64,000 nucleotides of DNA, taken from Camelus dromedarius. Lineage: Eukaryota. Shown here in pieces: positions 1-12,926 of this stretch. Where the stretch lies: positions 95,854,001-95,918,000 of the forward strand of contig NC_087472.1 of the NCBI RefSeq assembly GCF_036321535.1, read 5' to 3'. Made by a program: the position numbers and the translations under genes. The notes under the pieces were generated by a model that did no database searches, was not told the origin of the DNA, and saw only the letters and a program-made list of their open reading frames with translations. Numbering within the stretch: position 1 is the stretch's first letter; every line of letters begins with the position of its first letter.

Positions 1-49
1 TTCCCTTTCCTCCTAGATGCTGGCAGCCACCTCCCGCAGCAATGAGACT

Positions 50-765
50 GGAAAAGTCTTCTTTGAGGAATCAACCAGCCTATGAGAAAAAACTCAAGTT
101 AACTGACATATTACATCCATGAAAGAGGGACATTTGGGGAACAAGAAAAAGTTCTTAGAAATTGGAAGTGTAATAGCAGAAAGAAAAAACTTAATTGGAA
201 ATGATGAGGAGATAATCAAAGAAGAAATTCAAGAAAATTTCCCAGAACTGGAAGGCTTGCCTTTCCAGATGGAAAGGGCCCAGCATCACGAGTGAAGACT
301 GCTCCAGACCAAGACATGCCGTCGTCAACGTGGCCATGGCTACGTGCACGGGAGAACCTCTGGTTTTCTCAAAAGGAACTGGCGATTTAAGGTCACATAT
401 AGAAAGGATTAGGAATCGGAAAGGTTTTCAAAAAAGAGAGTAGAACATTGTCTCCAATATTATGAAGGAAACTGAGTTCCAGCCTAGAATTCTCTCTCTA
501 TTCATTAGGTATGAGGTGGACTAAGACCATTTTAAGACAAGGTCTCAAAAACTTCATGTGCCATGGATCTGTTCTCAGAAGCTACTGGAAGAGGCACTCT
601 ACTTCTCCCCAAAACAGAAACAGTGAACAAAGATGCAGACTCTAGGACATGAGGACTCTGAAGTGAGTGCTATGTGAAGGCAATGCCCAGACGAGGGTGA
701 GGGAGAGAGCCCAGGATGACAGCTGCGCATCAGGCCATGAGAACCATCAGCCCAGAATACCGGGT
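50..765 (+). mobile_element. HAL1 (L1 ORF1-related LINE) fragment, decayed
   Basis: Diagnostic segments caagaaaatttcccagaactg, ccagatggaaagggccca, ttccagcctagaattct, ctcagaagctactgga and cccaggatgacagctg follow the HAL1 consensus order. Confidence 0.8.
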
Positions 766-1584
766 ATGTTTGAACTGGATTAAGAGCAGGTTTAGATAAC
801 CAGGGGAAGGGCTGGTATGTATAAATACTGACTGCTGACCTGTCAGAATCGTGATAACTGCCTTATGGGCATGGGGCAGGGGTGGGGGCGGGAGCTGTCC
901 ACTGTAGGAAGTGACCAGATAATGCACTCTGTGCCAGTTGTTTGTAGATAAGGAGGTAAACACTAGAAGCAGCACCACAACGAGTTACAAATGGTTGCTT
1001 CTGAGGTCTGGCGAACGGGAAGGCTGTGGGAAAAGGGACAGCTTTTGGTAAGCAGCCAAACGGAACTTGTGATATGAAAAATTATGTGCATGTACAACAG
1101 ATAAAATTCAAGAGTCAACCAACCAACAAAAAGTCTCCCGTCCACCCCTAGCCCCTTCTCAGAAGCCATCGTTTTTTGCCCCTCTTTGTGCCCGCCCAGG
1201 AATATTCGGGAAGCTTTATTAACATGTCACAGAGGCAGGAAAACCTTGGCTATCTAGAACTAGTAGGGTAGCTGGCTTTGCTGAGAAGGCTGGAGATGTT
1301 TATGTGAATTATGCAAACTTCTAAAGGACACCTTTCTCAAATGCCTATATTACAAGGTATTGAACTCTTTCTGGAAAACTAAGAGTGTTCACTGTGAACA
1401 CTGCTTCCCGTGAGGGCCTGTGCCAGCTGCGTGTGCAGGGGCAGGCAGGACGCAAGCCGACAGTGATGGTGCTGGAACTGGCTTTTCTGGACCACTTGCC
1501 GATTTTTGCCCTGCTTTCAGGCCAGACTGCTTCCCCCAAATGGCCTAGTGGTGCTTTTCTGGCTGAGTAACTTCCTAGGGTGAG

Positions 1585-2045
1585 GCTTCTTAAGGACTTT
1601 TGTACCAACGACCTCTTTGGCAGTCTACCAAATAAAGCCCCTGGACCCCTTCTCAGAATGTTTTTAAACAGGTAAAAGAGAACACACAGGATCACAAACC
1701 CAATTATACTGAAATACATGTATCAAAGTATTTAAAGAACACATTTACGGCGAGCAGTACATGTACTTTCTGATTAAAGCATTAAGTGACAAGATCTAGT
1801 GTTGTAACGACTGCAATTTCAAAGCAACGATGAGTATATAAATGAGATTTTAGGTGTTGGCATCAACTGTAATGTTACGTGAAAATATCCTTGACTTCTA
1901 CTGGTGACAAAATCATAGATGCTACTAGTACCACTGTAGTCTGAGGTCTCCACCTAGAATTGAAGGGAGGGCTAAAATTCCAGTCAGAGGTTAGTGAAAA
2001 TAAAGATGTGTCTTTTGCCCACTCAGGTTCACAGATTCCCTGGTT
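1585..2045. mobile_element. hAT-Charlie DNA transposon relic (Charlie4a-like)
   Basis: ggaccccttctcagaat...caagatctag...caactgtaatg...gaggttagtgaaaataaagatgt matches the recalled Charlie4a consensus. Confidence 0.75.
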
Positions 2046-2051
2046 CTGGAG

Positions 2052-2495
2052 GAGCTGTTCTTAAAGTGTGAGCCACGGACCCTTGGGTTGGGGTGGGGGG
2101 GAGGGGGGAACGTGAGCCCCTTTCAAGGATCCCTGGGGTCAAAACTTTTCAAAATTATACTAAGACATTATTTGTCTTTTTCACTCTCATTCTGGGTCTG
2201 CAGTGGGGTTTTCAGAGGCTACATGATATGTGATGTTGCCATGGACTGAATGCAGAAGCAGATATTCAAAATCAGCTGCCTTCTAATAAGCCAGACATGA
2301 AGAGATTTGCAAACATTTAGAGTGCTACTCTTCACAGTTTTTTGGGGGGGGGGGAGAATATAGTTATTTTCATAAAATAGGTTTCTGTGTTGACATGTGA
2401 TGAGTTTATTATTGTTATTTTAAAATGAATTTAAGGCCCTCAGTACTTTTTAAGCATGTAAAGGAGTCCCCAGACCAGAAGTCTGAAACCCGCAA
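2052..2495. mobile_element. hAT-Charlie DNA transposon relic (MER119-like)
   Basis: ttcttaaagtgtg...ggtcaaaact...atactaagac...cagaggctacatga...gaatgcagaagcagatat...aagccagacat matches the recalled MER119 consensus. Confidence 0.75.
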
Positions 2496-2700
2496 GGCAA
2501 CACAGCTGCCTTTCTATAAAACCAGTGACCCAGAGACCAAGGCTGCTTTCTTCGTGCCCAGAAAATCATCACTACATTTACTTCTCTTAGTGGCCTTTGA
2601 GTCGACAAAATACTATGTAGGGTTTCCTCACCATTTAGCACAGTGGCCCCAGGCCTTCCTCACTAGCTCACTCACCCACGTCCTCTCATTCGCCCTAAGT

Positions 2701-2912
2701 TAAGGTTTCCTAACCTACTGACACTGCAAGCTGCCAATCTTCTGTTGTGGGGACCATCCTGTTTCCATAATAGGATGTTCACCAGCATCCCTGGCCTCCA
2801 CCCACTAGAAGCCAGTAGCACGCCGCCCCCCTGAGTTGTGACCATCAAACATGTCTCTAGACTTTGCCCAAAGTCCCTTGGATGGCAAAATCATCCCTGG
2901 TTTGGAACTACT
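2701..2912 (-). mobile_element. MER20 DNA transposon
   Basis: aggatgttcaccagcatccctggcctccacccactagaagccagtagca...gttgtgacc...ggcaaaatc is the reverse complement of the MER20 consensus. Confidence 0.85.
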
Positions 2913-5900
2913 GTCCTAAGTGTACTTGCAAAGGATAACCACCCTGTGTCAGACAGGCTCACTCTTCACACTTGCCCAGTAATACAAAGACTCTTTCTCG
3001 AGGGTGAAGATTTTTCTTGTCATTCAATGACTTTTTTTTTTAAGTGAAATACGCACTCTCCTGGGTGGGTGGGTGGGATTTAATGGGAAAAAAACCTGAA
3101 TGAAGATGAACAGTAAGCTACTCAAGAGAATCTGGGGCAAGGGAGAATCAATCAGTCAAACCCCGAATTCATGACATCTCTGCTCTGAAACGGGCTGAGA
3201 ACTAGAGTCATCCCCACAAGGACACAGTAACCTATTGGGAGGCAAATGGGTCTGATGAGGAACACTGCACATGTAGGTTTGCTCTGGGTCAGGGACAGAA
3301 GCCAATACAATGTAGATGGTCCCCAAAGAAAGACGGTGGCTCCTGGGGAGGCCTGACTTTGGGGAGATCATGGAGAAGCCAGCTTGGAATAACCAGAGGG
3401 GAGAGCCTGCCTTTTTATTTGGGAATGAACATATTTCAGGTAAATGGAAGAGCTTGGAGAAGGCGCAGGTTACTGCAGACTCTTTTGAGGACTCTAGACT
3501 CCACCAGAACATAAGCAGATTTCACCCACATCTTCCTCAGGCCAAGTCCAAGTTTCTTTGTCCAGGGTCCCCTCTCTAATATCCAAGCCAGAACTGCGCG
3601 ATGGAAGGAGAAAGGACCAGGAAATGAGTGTCTTGTCAACTATGCCAGCTAACTGTCAACAGACAAGCTGATGGTTGCTGAAAGAAAGTGGAACTCATCC
3701 TATAAGCCTACTTGTTTTTATAGAATCCTTGGTTTCTCAGGAAAAGTTATTTAAAAGACTGTTGCCTCAAAGACCGTTTTTAAAACTATACACCCTTAAC
3801 AGTACCTTTAAAAACTGGGGGACTGCCTGTCTTCTCATCCCTGACTTCAGACTCCTCCAGTTTTCCTTTCTTCATCACCAGCACACTATGCCCTAAATGG
3901 AATAGAAATCGTTCCACCACCTCAGTGGAATTAAGAACCCCTCTTCTATGCTGGCTCCCGCTCCACCGAAAGATTATGGATTCCTGGAGAACCAGGACAG
4001 TATATCATTTGTCTCTTAGAACAATTAAGGCCTGGCAGAGAGATGTTCACTACATGTTTAATGAAAGTTAATAGAGGGGAAAGTTCAATGAGTTTGGAAT
4101 CCAAAGTCCTACACTGCTTGATGCTTAGAGGAAAAATGCAGTCCTGCACAAAAAAAAAACTTACCAAGAAAATGGATTCTTCTTATAGCAAATACTTAAT
4201 GTGATAATATATGCTAAATATGGCACTTAACTTTTGTTAGTAATTTCATTTTTTTTTTTTTGCAGTAAAATCCAGTTTATTTACCATGGATGTGAGGAAT
4301 AGGTTATTTTGGTTACCTCAACATGATGATGGTTAATGGAAAGGTAATAAAGGACTGTTGATCAATTTTTAAAATGTAATACAACAGCATCTATTAATAA
4401 CCAAATTCCATCCTATACATTCTCCTTAATGAGTGATTATGAACATTCACCAATATGGTACAGTGCACATTTCTAGTTAGAACTTTCTAAAGAGTTGGAT
4501 TTTTATATAAAATGAGATTTCCAAGGCCAAGTCTAAATGGAGGGTTATAATTAACGGGGAAAGGAAGCACAAAAATAGAAGAAAAGGTAAATATAACAGG
4601 AGACAAAGGTAAATATAAAAGGAGGTAAAGAAACTTTTAAGAGTGTATAGTCGAGGCCGAAGTTCAAATTGTTGAAGATTTTATTCTTCAGAGAGAGACA
4701 GAGAGAGAGCGAGCAGCTGGACACTGGCTAACTGAGTGGAGGAGCCACAGAGGGCCGCTTGTGACCCAGCGTGGAGCTTGATGAGGAGGGTCCACGCTAC
4801 CACCCAGGACCCGGCCGCGGGTGCTCACACCAACGACACGTTTCCAGTACAGAGCTGCAAATGTCAGCCCTCCAGGGTGTGACTTTTAAAAAATGTTTAT
4901 ATTTGTATCTATGCAGAAAATAAGCTTCAGAACACAGGAACAGCTAAATCCAATTTCTTAACACTACTGCCCCTCAAATGATCTGCTTATGAATCTTTTT
5001 ACCCAGGTGTGTATGTACGAAGATTCTGGAAGGTGCCCACAAATCCACTGTGGTAACTTCGGGGAGGGGAGTTGGGGTGGGGCAGGGGTGGAGGACTACT
5101 ATGCTTTGCTCTGCACACTTTGCCACAGTTTGGATCTTTTACCACAAAAATACATTCATGTAGTACTTGTAAGTAAAACAGAAACAAAGACAAAACCCAT
5201 CAAGGTTAAATACATATCTAGCGTCCTTGGATGAGAAAACCAAAGAAAGACGTTCTGTGAAAGTTCTTAAAGAACCTGAGCCCATCTCCCATTGTTGCCT
5301 CAGATTTAGCCCAGTACAGCCGCTCTCCACGAAAACAAAAATAAAAAAGGTCACTTCGTTAATTATGACATTCAGAGTAACAAGAAAGGACCCACCTTTC
5401 TTCTTTTCTGGGACACAAAAATTCAACACTAAAATGTTATTGAATCGAGTTAGTATTATCAGTAAAAAATATGCTCTATTTCCCATTATTTATGCCCTAT
5501 CCTTTTCTTTCTTACCAATTACATTCCCTATCATTTCCAAAATATAGACTGTTTTCAATCAACAGATTTCTTTATTACAGCATGCAGCAGGCTTGTTACT
5601 GCCTCTTTTCTATACTGAATTCTTGATTGGACAAGCATTTAGAATTTAACATGGACCATGATTGCACATATCCAACAAATTAAAGCTGCCAATCTCTTTC
5701 TGGAGACCATCCTTTATACACACTACCAATGAGGAGCACCCTGAGTATATCTGCTCAGGAAAAACGGGCAGGAGTGAAGAAGTGATCACCGCCAGACCTG
5801 CCATGTGATCTAGCTCCTCTTCTAAACACTCGTTCAGATTACTGCTGTCCCTTTAAAACGTCTTTTGTAACTCTGATGTCTAAGTCATCCACATAACTCT

Positions 5901-5928
5901 TTGAACATTAACTATTCTTCATAATCTT

Positions 5929-6068
5929 TTGTTGTTGTTGTTTTTTGGGGGGAGGGGGGTAATTAAGACTTATTTATTTAAATTTTTTAAAAATGGAGGT
6001 ACTGGGGATTGAACCCAGGACCTCGTGCATGTTAAGCACACAGTCTACCACTGAGGTGTACCCACCCT
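5929..6068 (-). mobile_element. tRNA-Ala-derived SINE (camelid vic-1 type)
   Basis: Reverse complement of a tRNA-Ala-like head (tcagtggtaga...catgcacgaggtcctgggttcaatccccagtacctcca) plus an aaataaataa..taattaccccc tail. Perfect 15-bp TSD attcttcataatctt at 5914-5928 and 6072-6086. Confidence 0.9.
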
Positions 6069-6965
6069 GTCATTCTTCATAATCTTAAAAAAAAAAAAAA
6101 AGGACTCGATAAATCTGAAGAGTGAAAAAGCACAGCAGATCAGAGAGATGGGTGAGAAGGCTCATCTGGAGTTCGCCGATGAACTTGCTTTTGGATGATG
6201 GGGGCTGGGTGGCGCAAGTGGTGTTTTCCCTGTTTCCCTCTCTAGAAAATGAGAATACACCTCAGGTACATTTCGAGCAGCTGTCTGCTGGGGAACATGA
6301 AGAGACTTTCCATTAAGTGACACTGGACAGAAACGAGATTTTATTACTGGGCAAGGTTAGCACTCAAGGTTTATAGTCCAGTAAGTCGAACCAAAATGTT
6401 TTCAAAAACTCGAAGAAAGATGCAATCCTGTGGTTAAAGCAGAGTTACTAGTTTTTCAAATGAGAATGATGTGGAGTAAACATTTTACAATAATAAATTT
6501 TAGAACATTACTTACATTATTAAGACGAACTTCAGTTAGACTCACTCAATACGGGGCTTTTGCTGTCTTATAAGCTACACAAAACAGTTTCCTTATTTGA
6601 ATTGTCAACCGGAGGTGAGAGTGTTGACAAAAGAGGACTCTTCTTTGATACCTTTGTTTCTCCTAAGAACCAGGGACTCTTAAGGAGAGGGGGTTCCAGA
6701 TTTGACTTTGGAAACGATGAAAAAAAATTGCAAAAATATACAGGGGAGAAAGAAAACTGTCCTGGAACCAGTTTTCTTGCTATTTTTAACAGGGGTTTGG
6801 CTGGAGGCTCACCTTTTCCTTCCTCCCAAATTGTCAAAGTAAAGACGCTAATGAGTACGATATAGCTGAACTCTTACGCGCTCGCTCACAGTGGCCTGGC
6901 CTCCTGACTTGCCCAGAATCAGATGATGCGGGGGAGTAAGGGCGCTGAGGTCAGGCAGCGGCCTG

Positions 6966-7045
6966 GGTTGGTTGGTTGGTTGGTTGGTTGGTTGGTTGGT
7001 TGGTTGGTTGGTTGGTTGGTTGGTTGATTCATTCATTCATTCATT
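6966..7045 (+). repeat. (GGTT)15 microsatellite followed by (CATT)4
   Basis: Read directly; abuts an L2 3' tail. Confidence 0.97.
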
Positions 7046-7320
7046 TGCTGTCAGGCCCACAGTGAACACCCACCATCAGATGTGGCTGGGCTCAGTGCTT
7101 AGCAACACCAGGGTGAAAATGACAGTAACCAGCCCCGGCTCCAAGGAACTCAGCTTTGTTTAAGACGGGTGTGAGGCAAGAGACAGATGTGACAAAAATC
7201 TCCGAAGACCTACATGAGGAGGTGAGTGCCTAACTACCCGCAGGGCCAGGGGAAGGTTCCATGGAAAGAGGCACGCTTGAGCTGGAGAAGCATGATTACA
7301 GCTGGAGTGGAGAATCTGAG
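7028..7320 (-). mobile_element. L2 3' end, decayed
   Basis: (ATTC)n tail followed by the L2-like stretch gaacacccacc...cagtgcttag...ggtgaaaatgacag...aaggaactcag. Confidence 0.65.
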
Positions 7321-10044
7321 GACAAATCCTAAGTTTAACTTTGGAAAGAAAACATATTGATCTTCCATTTACCAAGTCTGCCTTGACATCAGCATATGTT
7401 AATGTTTTCCAATAACGGGCAGGCTTTTAGTTTATGTACTTTCGTGCATACAATTCTAGTACAAACAGCTTCTGTACATAGTGGACACTGATACCAAAGT
7501 GTCTGATATCCAGGCAGACTGGTCAATGGGGGCACATACCCTCTACCGAGAATTTTAAGGAACTGAGCTCCTCTTTCCCCAGAGCCACCTAACACGGGGG
7601 ACACATTACAGGGTTACCTAGGTTCACTCAAGTACTCTGATCGATGCGCTGATGGCCTTAGGGGTGATTTTGGAGGTGGTAGTGGTAACAGATGTTTCCA
7701 GCACACCAGCAGAGAATTTAGAAGGAAAAAGGTCTGTTACTATCCACACGGGAATCTCCCCAAGACTGAGTATCAGCCACAGGTGAAATGGCAGGAATGC
7801 TTTGTGGAAGCAGCATCAGAAGGTGTGTACCGTATGTGGCACACAGCAGGCACCTGGTCTATGGCATCCATGATGTCAGGCTCCTTTATTGATGTATCAA
7901 CTGCCTGGGGCATTATGAGATTTTAACCATAGCTTTTTCCTCTGGGAATCTGTGAGTAACTACAGAATGACTCAGGGTGAACATGGTTGGAAAAAAAAGT
8001 GCCTTTCAAAAATGCACAGTATTAACACTGTCCATAAATTAAAGTTACAGATTTCATAATACCATGCCCTATGGATTTATTTGGTGACAATGACCTAATT
8101 TCAACACTTCTTGTGTGCCTATTATGTGCCAGGCAGTAAGCTAGTAAGACATACAAGCGCCAGGATGACATTTTAATGTAATTCAAGAATTCTATATTTA
8201 TATAAGAACATCAGAATTCAGCTAGAAAACAGTTCTTTCATTGTTTGTTATTAAAATACTTTTAAATTTGAGCCTGAATAACTAGAATTAGTTTTGTGAA
8301 CTTCCTGGTACATTCAAATCTTTAAATATATATATATACGTATATGTACATGGATATATACATACATATAATAAGTTAACTTATTAACAAGTATGAAGTG
8401 GCATATAACTATTTTCTTTCTGGGGTAGGATTAATTATCACAAGAGATTTGTAGCTGAAGGTCTGTGAACTGTTAGATCTTCAGTAGAAACTGGCTATAA
8501 GGTATATTCTTTCTGTCTAGCTGGTGATACTCAATATTTTTAAAAATTTAAATACCTTTGGGCGAGGCACACACTCCCAAGCTCCCACCAGTCAACACCT
8601 CCCTTGAGCTGACACCCTGACATCTGATCCTTGAAGGGGCTTGACTTTACAACCTCTGCATTACATCATAATGCAGAAGGAAACAGATTTAATTAGTACC
8701 CAAGACACACCCCAAGAGTAACAGTAGCACAGACTTCCCCAAACATCAAAGCTTTTAGGTCATGAGAGTTTTAGTAATCTGAAAATGAGTTCTGTACTGC
8801 CAAACAATGACTGGCAGGGAGCTGTTAGGTTGGGGGGAAAATTAGGTGTAACTTATTTCTAAATGGTTCCAGATGAGATACTGCAGACATAATACACCAG
8901 CTTTCTTTTCTTTTAAAGGGATTTTTGAAAAAAGGTTCTTACATGATTCCAAATAAGAGTTCTGTACTATTATAAACTTATCACTATGTATCAAGTAGGG
9001 TGCATTTACTGGATTTCAGCTATGTCCTACAGTACCCTATTTAGTCTACGTGGCTAACTCTGTGCAGGACAGGCACTACCGAAGCATTACTAACTCAGTC
9101 CTCATTCTGCGACGTCTTTGAGGAATGCTGGAAAACCCACAGCATGGCAATCTGTTGGCGAGTTAAAAGAGACACAACAACAGGAGCGTAGGGTTTCTGA
9201 ACCCCAAGCCTGTGGGTTCTCCACCAGCTGTACCCCAGGAAAGGGGTTCTGACAAAGGTGAGACAAGGAGTCTTTTCAGAGAGTCGCCTCCAGCCCTGTG
9301 TGACTGGTCTGAACCAGGGTGGGGCAACATGGTTCTTTTTCTATCACCATGAACTGGACTAGGACATGCCATTCGGTTGCGTGGCATATTAATATGCTGA
9401 TGTTCTGCTGGTCATCTAGGTTCAGAATTTACTTTATAGATAATCTTTTGAACTGAATGCCTCTCACCTGAAACATTTCATAAAAATATTTCTGATTAAT
9501 CAAGCCTTTCTATGTGCACATTTTGGGCCAGTTTTTAATACAAAGTGATTATTTTAAGTAAGCACAGGCTCTCCAGTCCCTTAAAGGGACACATGGTCCT
9601 GGAGCTAAGGCGACTCCGGAGTCACCCCTTTCTGATCTAAGAGAGGCTGCTTTTGTGTGACTGCAGGGAAAGGAGACCGCACAGAGACTGTTCTCATCCA
9701 AGCACTGAGACTTCACGAGGTCACCACGACACTCAACATTAAAACTATTACCAGCACAGACAGAAACTTCTGTAGACTTTTAAAATAATTATGCCCATCT
9801 CACAAGCCAAGTGACGAGTTCTGACTAGAGAAGCACCCCATGTGAGTACGGAGGCAAAGGCTGTGCAGCCGTGGACCGCCGTGCTCGTTCACAGCACGCT
9901 AACCAGGCGGAGCAAGCACGTAGGGCTGGACAGTGCGGCCCAGGAGTCCCGCACACCTGGGCTGAAGAGCCGCACGTGCCATTCACCAGGGACACCACTC
10001 CATCTCTCCAAGCCTTAGCTTCTTCCCTTCTAAAAACAACACTG

Positions 10045-10245
10045 TGTATTTGAAAGTGCTAAAAGGGTGGATTTTAAGAGCTCTCATCACAAGAAAAAAA
10101 ATTATAACCATGTGAGGTGATGGATGTTAACTAAACTAACTGTGTTAACCATTTCACAGTATATACACACATTAAATCCCCATGTGGTACATCTTAAACG
10201 TAACCGATGTTATTTGTCAGTGACATCTCAACAAAACTGGGGAAA
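10045..10245 (+). mobile_element. L1MA-type 3' end fragment inserted within a MIR (MIR pieces ~9990-10035 and ~10270-10360)
   Basis: ctcatcacaagaaaaaa...tgtgaggtgatggatgttaactaaact...catttcacagtatataca is an L1MA 3' UTR; it is flanked by MIR core and tail remnants. Confidence 0.75.
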
Positions 10246-10609
10246 TCGTAGTCTAGATCTCGGAGTTTTGGTTTTGGTAAGGTTAAACGAAATGCACATA
10301 AAGTACTCACTGTGATGCCTAGTGTATAGTAAACACTCAATAAAATAGTAGCTATGACTATTAGCTATTCATTCCACACCTATTTATAATAAATTTAGAG
10401 CTGTTCTGTAATCAAAAGAGATCTGCCCAAGTTAATACGATATCTTTTTAATGGCATTTAAAATCATAATCATCATTGTACTATATTGTAATTAGGCACA
10501 AATGTAAACTGTTGGTATAACTGGTTGTAATTAGCACACACTTTTTTCCCTATGGTTTTTCTCGTCTTTGTTCTTGATTTAACACGTGATCAATATTATT
10601 ATCACCACG

Positions 10610-10850
10610 TTTCCCCTCATTCCCTAGTCGTGTGATTTTGACCATATCATCTATCCCCTGTAACATTTCCTTTTCCTCTCTGTGAAACAGTAATAAGGGG
10701 GCCCATTTTGTAGTTAAAATTAAACACAGTAAAATATAGTAAAGTACGAAAAGTAAATATACTATATATATAAGGATGTAGTAAAAACGTAAAGATAACA
10801 TACATAGAGACGTAGCAGAGTGCCTGACACACAACTGATCAATAAATGAC
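10610..10850 (+). mobile_element. MIR SINE, decayed
   Basis: ctagtcgtgtgattttgacca...gcagagtgcctgacacac...tcaataaatg. Confidence 0.55.
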
Positions 10851-10990
10851 ATCTGTCGTGGGTGGTGGCATTATACATTGTCCTGACAATTTAATGCTCT
10901 TCCCCTATAGAACCTCATGGCCATAGTCTCAAAAACTTTAAGTCCAGGAACAAGCTTTGAGAGGCGTGAGGGTAGGAAAGGCTTTTAGAG

Positions 10991-11163
10991 CAGTGGTTTT
11001 CAACCATGACTGCACACTGGCATTAAAGTATACTGATACCTGGGTCCCACCCAGAGAGGCTGATTTAAATACTCTGGGGTGTCGCCTGGGCACTGGAGTT
11101 TTTTTTTTTTTTTTAAATCTCCCAGGTTAGGGTTTATTGGGCATTTGAGGTGGCGAACCACTG
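10991..11163. mobile_element. MER5A hAT MITE
   Basis: Terminal inverted repeats cagtggtt...aaccactg and internal cctgggtcccacccagagaggctgatttaa. Confidence 0.8.
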
Positions 11164-12869
11164 CTGGAGGGTCAGCTGTGCTCAGGTAAAACTTGTTTTT
11201 GGTTCTAGGGATGGTCAGAAAGAGCCCTCGTGAGGACTGGTGAGTCTTGCTAATTTGGGGAGGAGAGGAAGCAGAAAGGAGGCCCCTTCTCAATCTCCCT
11301 GGGCCTCCCAAGAGGAATTAAGTCAGGTGTGCTTTCAGGCTTGACCTTAAGGGCAGTTCTGTGTAGGTGTGATTATAGGAAGCACAGGAAAGTATCCCTG
11401 CACGAAACAGAACCCATCACCTGGTTATGCGGACATTCCTTCAAGATAAAGCAAGTCAAGTCTGACAGTAAAAGTAACCTTGGAAAGGGTAAGAAATCAC
11501 ACCACCAATGAAGTCTTTTTTTTTTTTTTTAAGTGCAAAGAGATGGTTTCTCCTTATTTCAGAGGTTGAGAGGGAGGCAGATAGCAGGAAGGTTCTGAAC
11601 ACAAGGGGCACCACCCAAACATAGCTGGAACTGAAGAGCAGAAACAGAACTGAGCGAACTACAGACTAATACTGCTGAGGTTACAGTTTCGCTGTGGGAG
11701 GAAAGAGAGTTGTGCAGAAGCGCATCTTTATGGAAACCCCAGTCGCAAGGTTATGGAAGCAATGACTAGCAACAAGCTTCTGGCAAGTGCGTCTCCTCTA
11801 AAAGTGCAGTGTTATTACACCATGAGGAAGGTGAAGACACCCTTCTCCAAACATGCAACATATTAACGGACCCGTGAGAAAGGAAAAGCAACACAGTAAT
11901 AGAAAAATCAAGCCTCTAACTGTGGTTCAACATCAGAGCCAAAGCAAAAATAGTATTTCAGTTTCTGAAAATAACTTTAGTTCTGTCTAGGTCGTGGCTG
12001 TCATGGCACTACGTATGTATCAAATCGTGCCAGTGACAACAAAGCCTGGCAAAAGTCCCCCTCGGTAAATACCTCAGTTATGGTTCTCTCAAATTGTCAG
12101 CCGCCCTAGACATAGACTGATGGACAAAGAAGACATATTCCAAACAGTCAAAATACCCTTATGGTACAGGTGTTTTAATTTTAAATTTAGTGTCTCAGGA
12201 CCCATTTTTTGTTTCACCATTTTATTGAACATCCTCCTGTTTATGGTTTTTTCCTCAGAGAAATATCATCTCATGAGTATCGATCTTTCAAGTTTTGCAG
12301 CTTTTCATCTAATCTCTCTGGCATGGTTAACGCACTGGGGTCTCTTCCCAGCTGGTCCCCCCACCATCATCCGCAGGTGGAGGCTGGGTCCTCACACCAC
12401 CTCTGTCCCCTCAGAGTGCCCACTCACACACCTGGTCCAGTAGGACCAGGTGCATCGCCCAGCAGAGAATTTTCAACAGTAGCAATAGGAATGTAGCTGT
12501 TCTTTAAGAGTTTGTATTAAACTTTATTTAGTACTAATGAAGAATCGATACAAGGAATTTTCTAGTATGCTCAACTCTACTGAAATCTATTTACAGTATA
12601 TCAGCTATTGAATATTTGAAGATGGAGGTGCTACAGAGACAACAGTCAACAGATTAGGAGTTAAAAGCTGTCAACCTACTAGCTGAATCTAGCTGGAGGC
12701 CTTGTTTGGACAGCACAGTGTTTCAAAAGTTTTTGAAACTGAAGGCCTTTTGGGAAGGCATGGTGTGCTAAGCTAATATTACATTTTATTCCAAAAGACT
12801 GCAAAGGATTTTTAGCTCAGGGAGCTTGTTTTTCAGCAAGACACTCTGCAGCAGCACAGAGAATGCATC

Positions 12870-12926
12870 GATGTGATGTAGTCCAGTAGATGTGATGTAG
12901 TGCATTAGATGTGATGTAGTCCAGTA
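12870..12926 (+). repeat. 19-bp tandem repeat x3 (gatgtgatgtagtccagta / ...gtgcatta)
   Basis: Units at 12870, 12889 and 12908; units 1 and 3 are identical. Confidence 0.9.

Noticed and set aside
12870..12926. CRISPR-like repeat array
   Set aside because: Eukaryotic context; contiguous 19-bp units with no unique spacers and no cas genes.
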